Assembly: GCA_025558095.1 (NCBI GenBank)
Contig: JAIVFI010000002.1
Coordinates: forward strand, 1 to 64,000
Direction of reading: 5' to 3'
Length of the DNA stretch: 64,000 bases
From: Hyaloraphidium curvatum SAG 235-1
Lineage: Eukaryota > Fungi > Monoblepharomycota
Made by a program: the position numbers and the translations under genes. Shown here in pieces: positions 45,321 to 56,840 of this stretch; position 1 is the first letter of the stretch, and each line of letters begins with the position of its first letter. The notes under the pieces were generated by a model that was not told the DNA's origin, did not search any database, and worked only from the letters and a program-made list of their open reading frames with translations.

Positions 45321-46472
45321 CTAGCTCTCCAATATCCTCAGCACGCGTTCGGGAGGATACCCCGCCGCCGCCTTGTGCCGCTCGAAAAGGTCCTTGAGCG
45401 CCTCCTGGTACGCGACCTGGTACCCCTCCACCATCTCCTCCGGCGCGCGCCACTTCTCCCCCTTGTCCCTCAGCGCCGCCATCCTCTTCTCGGCGGCGGC
45501 ATCGTCGTATCCTGCCGGCCAGGGAACGGGGTTGCCGATGGCCACCGTCAGCTGCACGTTGAAGGGCAGGGGCGTGAAGAAGCGGCCCCAGAAGAAGGGT
45601 ATGCAGACGCGGTGCGCGTGCGAGAGCCACTTGCGGAGGCCGTACAGGAGGCCGGTATTGGTTGCATACTGCAGAGGGCGGAAGAGTGAGTCGCCGTCCA
45701 TGATTTCGCCCCGGAAGACGGGACCAACCGTGTCGGTGTTGTGGAAACAGTAGCAGGGCACGAGCTGCGCGCCCGACTCGAGCGCCAGCCTCACGAATCC
45801 CCGCCTCTTCCTGCCCGCAAGCACGACGTCGTCCGTCCCCGGTGCGGAAAGGAGCGCCTCGGCCTCCCCGCCCACGATGATGTACAGGCTGTTTCCTTCC
45901 GCGAGCGCCCTCTCGCACACGGCGCGCGATGCGTCGCGCCAGCCCAAGGCAAGGAAAAACTCGCGAACGAGGGGTACGTAGAACAATACTCCGGCCCCGA
46001 GGCCGACCATTCTGTTGCGCAGGAAGGGGTGCGTGCCGTAGAAGGGCGATGTGCGGTCAAAGAATAGGAAGGTGCCGAAGCCGTGGATCCCGTGCGGGCT
46101 GTAACCGAAGATATAGCTCCGTCCGGGCTCAATCGATGTACTTGCAGCCGGATCATCCATCAGGACGCGAAAGTCAAAGTACTGAGTGAAGGGGCCGCCG
46201 TCCGAGACGGTGCGCCGAAAGGTGTCCACGAGGCCGGTTGCCGCCCAGCCGGTCACGGGCGCACGCGACAGGAACACATGAGCGTAGTAGAGCGCCGCAA
46301 TGGCGAGGAGCAGAGACGGCGGGACCGACAGAACGCGAAAGAGGCCCCAGAAAAGCGCCGCGAGAAGCACAAAGTTCGCGAACAGATTCCCGACCAGGAA
46401 GGCCGCAACCGTGCCCGCCAAGGTGGGCCGGGTCCAGACGACCGTAGAAGCGACGTGCGGAGGCAGCGACAT
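45321..46472 (-). CDS. Diacylglycerol/monoacylglycerol acyltransferase (DGAT2 family)
   Basis: YIFGYSPHGI (HPHG-like), VPLVREF, IIVGGEAEAL, RRGFVRLALESGAQLVPCYCF, FFWGR, VAIGNPV. One stop-free in-frame intron near 45670-45730. Confidence 0.9.
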   Translation of the reverse strand: MSLPPHVASTVVWTRPTLAGTVAAFLVGNLFANFVLLAALFWGLFRVLSVPPSLLLAIAALYYAHVFLSRAPVTGWAATGLVDTFRRTVSDGGPFTQYFDFRVLMDDPAASTSIEPGRSYIFGYSPHGIHGFGTFLFFDRTSPFYGTHPFLRNRMVGLGAGVLFYVPLVREFFLALGWRDASRAVCERALAEGNSLYIIVGGEAEALLSAPGTDDVVLAGRKRRGFVRLALESGAQLVPCYCFHNTDTVGPVFRGEIMDGDSLFRPLQYATNTGLLYGLRKWLSHAHRVCIPFFWGRFFTPLPFNVQLTVAIGNPVPWPAGYDDAAAEKRMAALRDKGEKWRAPEEMVEGYQVAYQEALKDLFERHKAAAGYPPERVLRILES

Positions 46473-46913
46473 GGGCGTTTGCAGCCAAGCTCCAAGGTGA
46501 ATCGTTGCAAGTCGCGCGGCGTCACGCTGCATCGAACTGTTTACTGGAGGCTGGATGCATCGCCGTCTGCTCTCGCGGAGGCATGAGGACTTTATAATAA
46601 GTGAAAGATGCTTCGATATCCTACTGCTCTCGACCAGCATTGTCGAGCCCCGTCGAAAGACAGGCACCTTCACCGGGTCCCGGTTTCAAGGAGTCGACAA
46701 GGCGATCCAGCAAGCTCCCGAGTCCGCATCCAGGTCTCTGTGGATTCATCAAAATCGTCCGCAGCAAGGAAGAGCCAACAGTAAACTGGCCGGATGGAGT
46801 CGGGGTGATCGGAAGGGGAGTCACTCGGCGTCGACGACCGCAGCAGATGGCCGCGTCCCTGAACGAAACTCCGGGTCCCCCATCGCGCTTCCCGCGGCCC
46901 CGCGTACCGCGCG

Positions 46914-49081
46914 ATGCCGTGCTCCCAGCGCTGCGGCTCGTGCCGCCCTCGCGGCGCGGACATCGAGGAGTGCGCGGCGGCGTGCCCGCTGGCGCCCGCT
47001 CCCGCCGCGTCCGAGTTCGACCCGGCCGCATCGCACTATGCCGAGGACCTGCCCGAGGCCGACACCCCCGAGCTCACGCCACACTACCAAGTGGCCATCA
47101 TAGGAGGAGGCGTGATCGGGCTGGCCGTGGCGCGGAACCTGTCCAAGTTCACGGCGTCGGTTCTTGTCATCGAGCGAACACAAGACGTGGCACAGGGCGC
47201 GACAAAGGCGAATTCAGGCATCGTACACGGCGGCTTCGATGACAAGCCGGGGTCGGTCAAAGCCAGCGTGTGCTTCAGGGGTGGGGACAACTCGACGCGG
47301 GTCTGGGCACCGTCTTGACACACAGTTCCGGTCCTCCACCCCACAGGCAACCAGATGTTCACGCAGCTGGACAAGGAGCTGCAAATGGGATTCCGCCGTA
47401 CCGGCAGCTTGGTCCTGGGCTTCAATGACGAGGACCGCAAGGGCCTGGAGGAGGTCCGTGGTCGCTCAGCTGCGCTCGGGACCTCTCTGACCCCCTTTCC
47501 AGCTCCTCCAACGCGGGATCACCAACGGCCTCACCAGCTGCCGCATCATCGAGCGCGACGAGATCCGGAAGCTCGAGCCCAACGTGAACCGCGACGTCAC
47601 CGCCGCCCTGTGGTGCCCCGACGCCGGCCTCGTAAGCCCGTACGAGTACGCCATTGCGCTGGCCCAGAACGCCGTTACCAACGGCGTCGTCATCCGCCTC
47701 GGGGAGGAGGTCACGTCGATCGACGTGCTTGATGCGACGAGGCCGGCGCCGGTGGACGACCACCCGGACGAGGAAGAGCTGCGGAGGACGGTGGACAGGG
47801 TGCTCAAGGGGATGGAGGACGCGGCCGGGGATTCGGTGCCGCACGAGAAAAAGAAGGCGGCACCGGACGGCGCGCCGCGCAACTTCCTGGTTCACACGAA
47901 CGGGGGCATCGAGGGCGGCGGGTTCCAGTACACGGCCAGCATCGTGATCAACTGCGGTGGGTTTAGTCTTCCTTTTCTGAAAGGGCTTTTGACTAACTCC
48001 GCGACCAGCTGGCCTCTTTTCGGACCGGATCGCGGACATGGTTGGCGCTGGAGACTTCACCATCACCCCTCGGAAAGGAGAATACCTCGTGAGCTTGCCG
48101 TCACTCCAACTCCCTTCTTTGTTTGCTAACGGCACAATCCGTCAGGTTCTCGACCGCCCCAAGAACCCCGTCGTCAACACCGTCCTCTTCCCCATGCCCT
48201 CCAAGGAGCGCGGCAAGGGCATCCTCGTTAGCCCGACACACTGGGGGCAGATCCTCCTCGGCCCGACCAGCCGCAAGATCGAGGAGCGCATGGGCCGAGA
48301 GGAGGTCGTCCGGGCCATCCTGTCGGGGGCACACCACTCCATTGACCCGCCCAAGCTGATCCCGCACCTGAGGAAGGTGCTCACGAGCTACACCGGGCTG
48401 AGGGCCAAGTCGTCCCGCGGGGATTTCATCATCGAAGAGTCGCGGGTACCTAACTTCATCAACGTCGCCGGGATCGACTCGCCGGGTCTGACGGCGTCGT
48501 ACGCCATTGCCGAGAAGGTCGAGGGGATCATTAGGGCATGCAGGACGAGAATGGTGGGGCCGAGCGGGGAGCCGGCCGAGGTGCCGACGGTCGAGCTACT
48601 TCCCGACCCGACGTACGACCCGCGCCGGCCGCGGCTGTTCCGCCGCAAGCCGCCGACCTTTGACGGCGTGCCGGACGACCCGAGGGGACCGGACTACAAC
48701 GTCATCTGCCGCTGCGAGGTGGTCACCGAGACCGAGGTCCTGCGCACGATCCGCGGGCCAGTAGGGGCGCGCGGGGTCGACGGGATCAAGTGGAGGTGCC
48801 GCGCGGGAATGGTGGGCTCATTCGCTGCGCCGTGTTGTGTTCCAATGCTCACTACGCCTCGGCAGGGTCTCTGCCAAGGGTCCTACTGCCAACCGCGTGT
48901 CACCAAGATCCTCGCACGCGACCTTGAGATTCCGGAGGAGATGGTACCGCAGCGCGGCGCCGGGTCGAGCCTCCTTCCGCATAGGAGGGCCCTCTGGGAG
49001 GATCGCAAACAGCTCGTCGACATGTGGGAGGAGGCAGGGGAGGAGGAGCATGTGGAGCCGGGCGGGGCGCCGAAGCTGTAG
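46914..49081 (+). CDS. FAD-dependent oxidoreductase with C-terminal BFD-like [2Fe-2S] domain (GlpA / L-2-hydroxyglutarate oxidase-like; multi-exon)
   Basis: IIGGGVIG, GATKANSGIVHGGFD, PRKGEY, GKGILVSPT, GLRA, AGIDSPGLTAS, ICRCE...RAGMGLCQGSYC; ends PKL. Confidence 0.88.
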
Positions 49082-49429
49082 CCTATTCGTCTCTATTGTG
49101 CACAAATCGGTCCGGTGGCGAACGAGAGCCTTCCTCGAATTGGTTCCGAGATGGGCCGAGCCGTCCGCAACGCTGCGAAATCCAAATCCAATCCAACAGG
49201 GATCGTAAAGAAATCGATCTTTCACCCATTCCATGTCAACATCCATGCTGCGAGGAGGGCTCGGCTGCGGTTCGGTTGCGGTATCCTTTATTTGCCTCCG
49301 GCAGAGGATCCCCAAGAATCCCAAAGCCGGCAGATTCCGCCACCGCGAAGCGCATGCAGCATATCCTTCCACTCGGAATCTGCTGGCCGACTATAATTGG
49401 AAGCCCGACGTCTGTGTATGCGTTTCACA

Positions 49430-49996
49430 ATGCCCGCCGACCGCATCGCGACTCCGCTGCCCCGATACCATGCGCTCCTCGAAGAGCCGTGGGCCGCGTC
49501 GCCCCCACCGCTCCGTCTGCCGTCGCCCGCCTGCGCAGCGGAATCTTTCCACCAAGACGATTTCGAAGCGCGTTGGCGGACCGAGTACAAGGCGGCCGGA
49601 AACACGGACGCAGCGCGGGAGGCGGCGACGAAACCCGTCGAGCCTCCGCGCAGGTTCCGGCTAACGGGACGCCCAGAGGCCTACAGTCTTCGGAGACCCA
49701 TTTCGCGGCGCCAAAGTCGACCCTCTGGACCCGCTGTTGCGCTTCCTTTGCTGCTCCAACGTCTTGCGGTCGCCGAACCCGCGAGCAAGACGGGCAAACA
49801 CTCGGAGGCACCACACGCCATCATTGGCGAAAAAGACAATGGCAGCTACGTGTTGCTGCTGCCTCCTGGGACCGAGCTACAGAAGGCTCAGAAGGTCAAT
49901 GTTTCTAGTACCGAAGCTCAGGTGGAGCACGGATCGGACAAGCCAGTGCATTTGTCACCTCGCAGCCTTCTGTTTGGGATTGGCCTTGCGAGCTGA
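49430..49996 (+). CDS. Hypothetical protein
   Basis: Open frame of about 188 codons in an otherwise empty interval; no recognised motif. Confidence 0.3.
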   Translation: MPADRIATPLPRYHALLEEPWAASPPPLRLPSPACAAESFHQDDFEARWRTEYKAAGNTDAAREAATKPVEPPRRFRLTGRPEAYSLRRPISRRQSRPSGPAVALPLLLQRLAVAEPASKTGKHSEAPHAIIGEKDNGSYVLLLPPGTELQKAQKVNVSSTEAQVEHGSDKPVHLSPRSLLFGIGLAS

Positions 49997-50218
49997 CCGC
50001 GAACGACTGGTCACCTGTGAGCCGACCACGGACTAGTCATCTGCAAAGATCCCTGTATAGGTTGCCGCGGACCATTGCCAGATCATGCATACCCCGAGAT
50101 GCGTGAAGCAGAGCAGATAGAGGCATGAAATAGACTCTTCTTTTCCTCCTTCCTTCCAAACAAGAAGCCCGTCCCAGCACTGCACTGCTCCTAACGTTTC
50201 CCTCCAAGACCAACAGGC

Positions 50219-52702
50219 TCACGACACCCACGCGGACGCCCTCCGATCCGTCGCCTGCACCAGCTCCGCCACCGTCCTCCCCGGCTCTCCGGCCCCGCCC
50301 TTGAGTGACTCCCCCGGCCCCACAAACACCGGCGGCCCGGGCACGTTCGGCCCCGCCCCGCCCTCCTCCTCCTCGGGCGCGGGGAGCAGCGTCGGGTCCG
50401 GGCGAACGCCGGCGTCCAGCATGGACTTGCGGAACCGCGCGGCGGAGCGCTGGTACATGAGCCCAAAGTTGCGGCCGACGGCGTCCATGTGCCTGGCGAT
50501 GGTGCGGAGGTCGTTTGCGAAGCCCGAGGAGGCGACGGCCGCGGGCGGGGTGTTTGCGGAGCGGAGGATGCCGATCCCGGCAAAGTTGATGGCCGCGGCC
50601 ATGAAGGTCTCGTAGGTGCGCATGAAATGGGGCGAGCGCAGCTCGGGGTCGTGGTCCATCTGCGAGCCCATCAGTCGCACATACAGCACCGCGCTGTCGA
50701 GCACGCGCAGGAACTCGGGCGAGGAAAAGAGCGACGCCTGGGCGCCCTCGGGCTTCCCATGGCCCATGAAGTGTTCGATGGGATAGGCGTGCAGGGGCAT
50801 CACCGTGGTGATGAGCATGAGCGCGTGCATGGGGTCCGCAAAGTAGGTCGGCCAGGACGCCATCAGCGGCCCGGCATCGCCCTGTGCCAGCCCGGCGCCA
50901 ATCTCGGGAGGCATGCTGGCAAACACCTCGGCGACAACGGCGTCGAATATTTGGACGCGCGCGCGGAAGGCAGCCTCGGCAGGTGTCCACTGCTCCGCGG
51001 GGCGGGCGATCGTTGCCATGGGTTCCACGCCGGTGCGCTTGGCGTCGTCACGGATGCGAAGGCGGAGCAAGCGGAAGAAGCTGTTCAAGTGAAGGACTGC
51101 GTACGTCCCCGCGCGCAGCTCAAACACGGGCCGCACCACGTCCCGCATGAGCCGCTGGCCGTCCTCGAGGCGGTACCCGCCGGCAAAGAACTCGCCAAAA
51201 TTGGCCGAGGTCGGGAGGAAGCGGCCGTCGCCCGAGACAAAGACGAGGTCGAACGCGGCGGCGGGGTCGGGGTGGGTCCAGTAGAGCTCGTGGCAGGCCA
51301 GGCGGATGGGCCGCCTCGGGAACCAGTCGAAAGAGGGCTCGCGGTTGGTGTGGTGGGCAAACACGACGTCCAAGTTTGCGTAGGCTACCCAAAGCCGCAG
51401 CACGAGCTCGCCGCGCAGCCATTGTTCCACGTTGGCCGGGATCCAGGCCGGAGAGAGGCAGTCGTTGCGCCCGCGCAAGTCGGGGCCCGCCGCGGCCAGG
51501 CGGGCCAGGATGGAAATGCCGTGGCGCATTAGCGGGGCGGCTTTGCCGACCATGCCGACGGAAAGCAGGGCCTCAAGGAGCTGCCAGAGCGCCTGAGAGG
51601 CTTCCATATCCGTCACCGGGCGGGCGGCCGCCTGCGGGGAACCAAAGTAGCCGGCCAGGAGCAGGTCACGGGCGCGCTCGCAGTAAGCGATGCCGATGCG
51701 CATCTTTTCCGGCTCCGAGAGAGCACCGGTGCGGACCATGAAGGCGCCGCAGCCAGCGGCGGCGTACAGGAGGGCGAGTGGCGGGCGTTCGCCATAGATG
51801 GCCGAGCCGCGGCCGGCAAAGGCGGCTTCGAGGGTTGGGCGGTGCACCATGGGCACGAAAGGGTGGAAGTTCTCCCAGTAAGAGGAGAGGCAGAGGAGCA
51901 GGATTTCTGGGTACGGGGCCGCACATTCCGACACAGGGTGACACCACAATATGAAGCGGGCAAGGAAACAACTCGACGGTAAGAAACGATACAAGGCGTG
52001 CGCAGCGATCAAGAACCCACCCTCTGGAGGCGCAAGGGACACCTGCTGAGGGACGCTGAATGCCCGCTCCCAGGCCGCCATCGCCACGTTCTCCGCCCCA
52101 TGTAGCGGAGCAGGGAGCTGGCCAAACACGGGTGGCGCGTGCACCGACACACGCATTGCCTGCTCGGGGTTGTCGGGCAGGCCGAACGACGCCGAGAAGA
52201 GCGGGGCCCCTGCAGCGATCCACGAGCTCTGCGAGACGGGGCTGTTCCCGCTGTGTGCGTAGCTGCTGTTGCTGTGATTACGGCCGAAAGGCAGCAGGTC
52301 GACGGGCGACCGAGAATCGGTGGGCAGCGGGTCCGAGCTCGTCAGCGGGTCGGTGTCGGAGCCCGGCGAGCTCTTCCTGCCGCTCCACAGCTCCACCAGC
52401 CCCGCAGACCCGGAGAGCGCCGGCCGGCCCGACGAGGTGGGCGAGTCCGACGAGCTCGGCGAGCCCTTTGCGTTGTCCGGGGCGGCGCCGCCGGCCATCT
52501 CGGCGAGCATCGCCTTCCACTTCTCGACCTTGCGGAGGCGCTCCCGCTGGCGCCTGCTCAGCGCCGAACTCTGCGGTTCGCAACTTTTGCTCAATCTCAA
52601 GCACCTGTCGCAGGCGGCGTTGCCGGCCGTCCATTCGCATTTGACTTTGTGGGCGCCGCAGGGCGCGCTGGAGCGGGAACGGCGGTGAGCGCGAACCGCC
52701 AT
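50219..52702 (-). CDS. Fungal Zn(II)2Cys6-type transcription factor with middle homology region (first Cys replaced by Ser)
   Basis: S-x2-C-x6-C-x8-C-x2-C-x6-C (SAPCGAHKVKCEWTAGNAACDRCLRLSKSC) and YWENFHPFVPMVHRPT. Probable in-frame intron near 51908-52020. Confidence 0.8.
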   Translation of the reverse strand: MAVRAHRRSRSSAPCGAHKVKCEWTAGNAACDRCLRLSKSCEPQSSALSRRQRERLRKVEKWKAMLAEMAGGAAPDNAKGSPSSSDSPTSSGRPALSGSAGLVELWSGRKSSPGSDTDPLTSSDPLPTDSRSPVDLLPFGRNHSNSSYAHSGNSPVSQSSWIAAGAPLFSASFGLPDNPEQAMRVSVHAPPVFGQLPAPLHGAENVAMAAWERAFSVPQQVSLAPPEGGFLIAAHALYRFLPSSCFLARFILWCHPVSECAAPYPEILLLCLSSYWENFHPFVPMVHRPTLEAAFAGRGSAIYGERPPLALLYAAAGCGAFMVRTGALSEPEKMRIGIAYCERARDLLLAGYFGSPQAAARPVTDMEASQALWQLLEALLSVGMVGKAAPLMRHGISILARLAAAGPDLRGRNDCLSPAWIPANVEQWLRGELVLRLWVAYANLDVVFAHHTNREPSFDWFPRRPIRLACHELYWTHPDPAAAFDLVFVSGDGRFLPTSANFGEFFAGGYRLEDGQRLMRDVVRPVFELRAGTYAVLHLNSFFRLLRLRIRDDAKRTGVEPMATIARPAEQWTPAEAAFRARVQIFDAVVAEVFASMPPEIGAGLAQGDAGPLMASWPTYFADPMHALMLITTVMPLHAYPIEHFMGHGKPEGAQASLFSSPEFLRVLDSAVLYVRLMGSQMDHDPELRSPHFMRTYETFMAAAINFAGIGILRSANTPPAAVASSGFANDLRTIARHMDAVGRNFGLMYQRSAARFRKSMLDAGVRPDPTLLPAPEEEEGGAGPNVPGPPVFVGPGESLKGGAGEPGRTVAELVQATDRRASAWVS

Positions 52703-53298
52703 CGGGGCGCCGGCGGCCAGACGCACCACGCCTTGGACGGCCGAGCACGCCGCGGCGCCGACTCGCCGCCGTCGGACGGCGCCATCGCTACGAAACGGGG
52801 CCCACGGCGGCACGGGGCTGGGCAAGGGAATAATGACCGACGCCGCTTCTGACCGACGCCGCCAGGCCTCGCCGCAACGAGATTCTGCCGCGCAACCACG
52901 GCTGCCTCCAAACAATTTCGCGCGGTCGGTTGCGGACTGCAGAAAGTTGGCCAAGCTCGACTGATGGGCGGGCTCGTGGCCGGGCAGAAGTGCGCGACGC
53001 CCCCAACCGGCGGGTCCGGATTGATCAACTGCGGCCTCCGCACGAAGGAACCAGAAAGCAAGCGCCGCCGCTAGCGGTCGCGGCGCAGGCTGTCCCGATG
53101 GATTGCAACGGGATCGTGAGTGGTGACCTTGCTTCATAATCACCCGCGGGAATGGGGTGGTTTCGATCGAGTTAGTGTCCCCCGGCCCAGACCTTGGTCC
53201 GCTCGGCGGTTCGGGTAGCAGTTGGGCGGCCATCCGCAATGCCGCCTCGACCAATGGTGGCAAACGTCACGTGTCCAAAATGGACAGTCTCATCGCAT

Positions 53299-54358
53299 TC
53301 ACGTCTTCCTGTACACCATTGGCGGCCCGTCCGTCGCCTGCTGCTGCGGGACCACCACGACGTCGGCCAGATTCACGTGGGCCGGGCGGGAGGCCATGAA
53401 CGCGATGACTTCGGCTGGATGGTGGTGGCCACAGTGAGAAGCCGACTTTGGTGGATGCAGGGAGCATCCGTGAACGCACCGACGTCCTGCCCCGTCAGCG
53501 GGGCCACCCCGTTGTACACCTGCTTGGCCTTCGTCTTGTCCCCCCCAAAACGGACCTCGCTGAACTCGGTCTCCACCATGCCCGGATCGATCTCGCAGAC
53601 ACTGATTGGCCCGCTGTTAGCTGAAGAATCACGTTTCGATGGAAGCACTCACCGGATTCCGAAAGGGAGCAGTTCCTGCCTCATCGACCTCGCCACGGCG
53701 TTCAGGAAGTGCTTCGTCCCGCAGTCTGGAGCGACCTCTTTCAGAAAAAATGAGACTCATCCGCGCGAAACACCCACAGACCGCCCCCCCGGGGTAGACC
53801 TCCTTCCCGCTGATCGACCCGACAAAGATGACCGTCCCCCGCCCCCTCGCCTTCATGCCGGGCACCACCGCCTGCGCCGTGTACAGCGCCCCCGCGGCGT
53901 TGGTACCCAGCATGCTGTCGACCGCCGAGGAGGGGATCGCATCGGCGTGGTCCATCCCGACGACGCCGCCCGCGTTGACCACGCAGACGTCGGCTTCGAA
54001 GGCGCCCAGCTTCTCCTTCACCGCCACTGCGTTGGAAACGTCGAGCTCCACGGGGGTGGCCTTTATCCCGTGGGCGGAGGAGAGCTCCGAGGCGAGGGCA
54101 GAGACCCGGTCGAAGCGGCGAGCGGCGAGGACGACGTCGGCCCCGTGGGACGCGAATTCTGATTAAGGGGATCCCGAAGTCGATGGAAAGCGAAGTCGTA
54201 GAGCACAACGGCATTGGGCAGCGACGCGTCGGGAGGCACGTCAAGAGAGGAATCGGACGCTGACGCGTCGGAAGCCCACCCCGCGCGGTGGCCTCGCCGA
54301 TCCCGGCCGAGGCTCCCGTGATGATCACGAGCTGTCCTTTAAGTCGCGAGTCCGGCAT
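53299..54358 (-). CDS. Short-chain dehydrogenase/reductase (YdfG/YMR226C-like; 5 exons)
   Basis: ITGASAGIG, VNAG, GSISG, YCGTK, IDPGMVETEFSEVRF, ASRPAHVNL. Confidence 0.9.
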
Positions 54359-54483
54359 TGCGGGTCGGTGCTCCTGTGCTGCTGTCCAGTTTGTTTACGG
54401 GAGACGCGGCCGACCTCTTTGCCACCGCACTCCCACTTTCACTTTCATCCAGAGCACTGCTCAATCCTCCATCGCGCGCATAA

Positions 54484-55530
54484 ATGACCGCATCTGTTGC
54501 TGCTCCCCTCCCCGCGACGATGCGCGCCGTCGTCTGCGCCGAGTTCGCCCCCCTCTCCTCGCTCCGCCTCTCGTCGCTCCCCGTGCCGGCCGTGCCCCGC
54601 GGCTCGCTGCTGGTCCGCGTGCGCGCCGCATCCGTGTCGTTCCTCGACACCCTGCTGGCGCAGGGCAAGTACCAGGTGCGCCCGAAGGTGCCCTTCGTGC
54701 CGGGGAGCGAATACGCTGGGGAGGTCGCGGCCGTCGGCGAGGGCGTCGCCGGGTGGCAGGTCGGAGACGGGGTGGTCGCGGGCGGGTTCACGGGCGGGCT
54801 GGCGGAGTATGCTGTTTGCCCCGCAGAAGGCGCCGTGAAGCTGCCCCCGGGAATGTCCGCGGAGGATGCCGCGGGGTTCCGAGTGGGCTTCGCAACGGCC
54901 TGGCACGCGCTGGTGGACAGGGCCAACGCGCAAAAGGGGGAGTGGCTGCTGGTGCTCGGTGCTGCAGGCGCGGTGGGAGCGGCCGCGGTGCGCGTGGGCA
55001 AGGCACTCGGGATGCGGGTCATCGCGGCGGCGTCGAACCCAGAGAAGCGCGACTATGCCCTGCGCCTGGGCGCCGAGGCGGCCGTGGACTACACCGCCAA
55101 GGACTTCCGCCAGCAGGTGAACAAGATAGTGGGCGAACGCGGCGTGGACGTGGTGTTCGACCCCGTGGGCGGCGACTACGCCGAGCCAGCGTTCCGGTGC
55201 CTGGCCTGGAAGGGCCGCCACCTCGTCGTTGGCTTCGCCGCCGGCAACATCCCGCGGCTGCCCTTCAACCTGGCCCTGCTCAAGGGCGCCGCGCTGGTCG
55301 GCGTTGACCTGGCGCGGTTCGGCAACGTGCACGAGCCGGAGAAGGCAAAGGGGAACGCTGCGATGCTGGTGCGGATGTGCACCGAGGGCAAGTTGGAGCC
55401 GGTGCCGGCGACGGTGGTGCCGTTGGAGCGGTTCTCGGAGGCGTTCGAGCTCGTCGCGGGGAGGAAGGCGCTGGGGAGGGTGGTCGTCGTGATCGGGGAC
55501 GACTCGGCTCGGGGCAAGGCCAAGCTCTAG
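54484..55530 (+). CDS. NADPH:quinone oxidoreductase (zeta-crystallin/MDR family), intronless, PTS1 (AKL)
   Basis: QGKYQVRPKVPFVPGSEYAG, LGAAGAVG, GVDVVFDPVGG, VVGFAAGNIP..NLALLK; ends KAKL. Confidence 0.93.
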   Translation: MTASVAAPLPATMRAVVCAEFAPLSSLRLSSLPVPAVPRGSLLVRVRAASVSFLDTLLAQGKYQVRPKVPFVPGSEYAGEVAAVGEGVAGWQVGDGVVAGGFTGGLAEYAVCPAEGAVKLPPGMSAEDAAGFRVGFATAWHALVDRANAQKGEWLLVLGAAGAVGAAAVRVGKALGMRVIAAASNPEKRDYALRLGAEAAVDYTAKDFRQQVNKIVGERGVDVVFDPVGGDYAEPAFRCLAWKGRHLVVGFAAGNIPRLPFNLALLKGAALVGVDLARFGNVHEPEKAKGNAAMLVRMCTEGKLEPVPATVVPLERFSEAFELVAGRKALGRVVVVIGDDSARGKAKL

Positions 55531-55634
55531 TTGGACCGAAAGGAATTGGACTGCAGATCGCATCGGATCGAATCGATTGCTATAACTCTAGAACCATGCC
55601 CAGCACATGCTACCGCCGCGATCCAGCCCCGAAA

Positions 55635-56592
55635 TCATTCCACAACCAGCACCTCCCCAACCTCGCTCCGAATCTCCTTCCCGCCCCACGGCGCGACCAC
55701 CAGCAGCTCCGCGTCCCCGCCCTCCGGGGGCACCAGCACGAACCCCACGTGGTATCCGTCCGAGTGCCGCGCGCGAGCGACGCCGAGCTGGTCGCCCTTG
55801 GGGGAGCGGAGCGAGGCGCTGACGAGGTTGCGAAAGGAAGCGGCGGTGGGAGGGAGGGGAAGCCAGGTGTGGGTTAGTTTTGTCGGGGGCCGGGGGTGCG
55901 TGAGCACCTGTGGGCACAAACGAGAAAAGGCCCGCTCTGTGAGATCGCAGCAATCAGATACCATGTCATTGAGGCCCACCTGGTAGCTCTTCGCAACGCG
56001 CTCCTCGCCGTCGCCAAGACCGTAGTTGCAACCTCCCAGGAACGACGCCGCCTTCCCCGGCACGATCGCCACGCCATGCTTCACCCTGGCCACGTAGATC
56101 GCCTCCTTCGAGGATCCCCCGAACGTTGACCGCCGCACGACGTGCCCCGCCTCTACGGCAAACTCGGGAATGTCTCCGTTCTTCGCCGACACCCAGACGT
56201 AGCCCCGCAGCCCCAGCTCCGCGTCCGTGAGCAGCACGGGGTCCGGCACCTCGAAGCTGCGGAACTGCGCGTCCTCGTCCGCGGCCGGGAGGCGCTCCAG
56301 CCCCAGGTCCTCGGCCGGCGACGAGGACTCGGGCGAGGGCGCGAGGTCCAGGTGGTCGCGCGCCGCGATCTCCTTCGGGTCGAGCGGTGGCGGCGCGGCC
56401 AGTGGCGCGGCGTCGGCCCACGCGTTGGCCGTCGGGTCGTCGAGGCCCGGCGGGGGCGATGATCGCGGGGCGGAGACGGAAGAGGACGGCGCGTCCGCCC
56501 ACTCGTTGGCGGCGACGTACGGGTCCCTATGAGGCAAAAAGACGATGAATGGCAAGAATGATATGCGAGCACCACGTTTGGACCCACGCCAT
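55635..56592 (-). CDS. DM9-repeat (DUF3421) protein
   Basis: WVSAKNGDIPEFAVEAG...IYVARVKH...VPGK...YQVL, plus a second degenerate repeat (GVARARH...VG...WGGKE...EVL). The start is inferred through a micro first exon. Confidence 0.7.
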
Positions 56593-56840
56593 GGCCGGAA
56601 ACAGGGGTAGCGGGAGTCCCTGAAAACGCGTGTGCTGGCTTTGCGGCTGCCGCGAGATCGCGCAACCGTCCACACCGCATCGACCGATAGCAGACCAAAT
56701 GCGCCGGAAATCTAGCTCTAGTGTTCTAATACATACATCTAATCTTGGTCTTCCGCAGTCCGCTCCCAAGTCGCCTCCATCGGGCTGGCCGATGTGAATC
56801 CCTGTGTACTCACTTCCCAAGTCGCTCTCACTCGGTCAGG

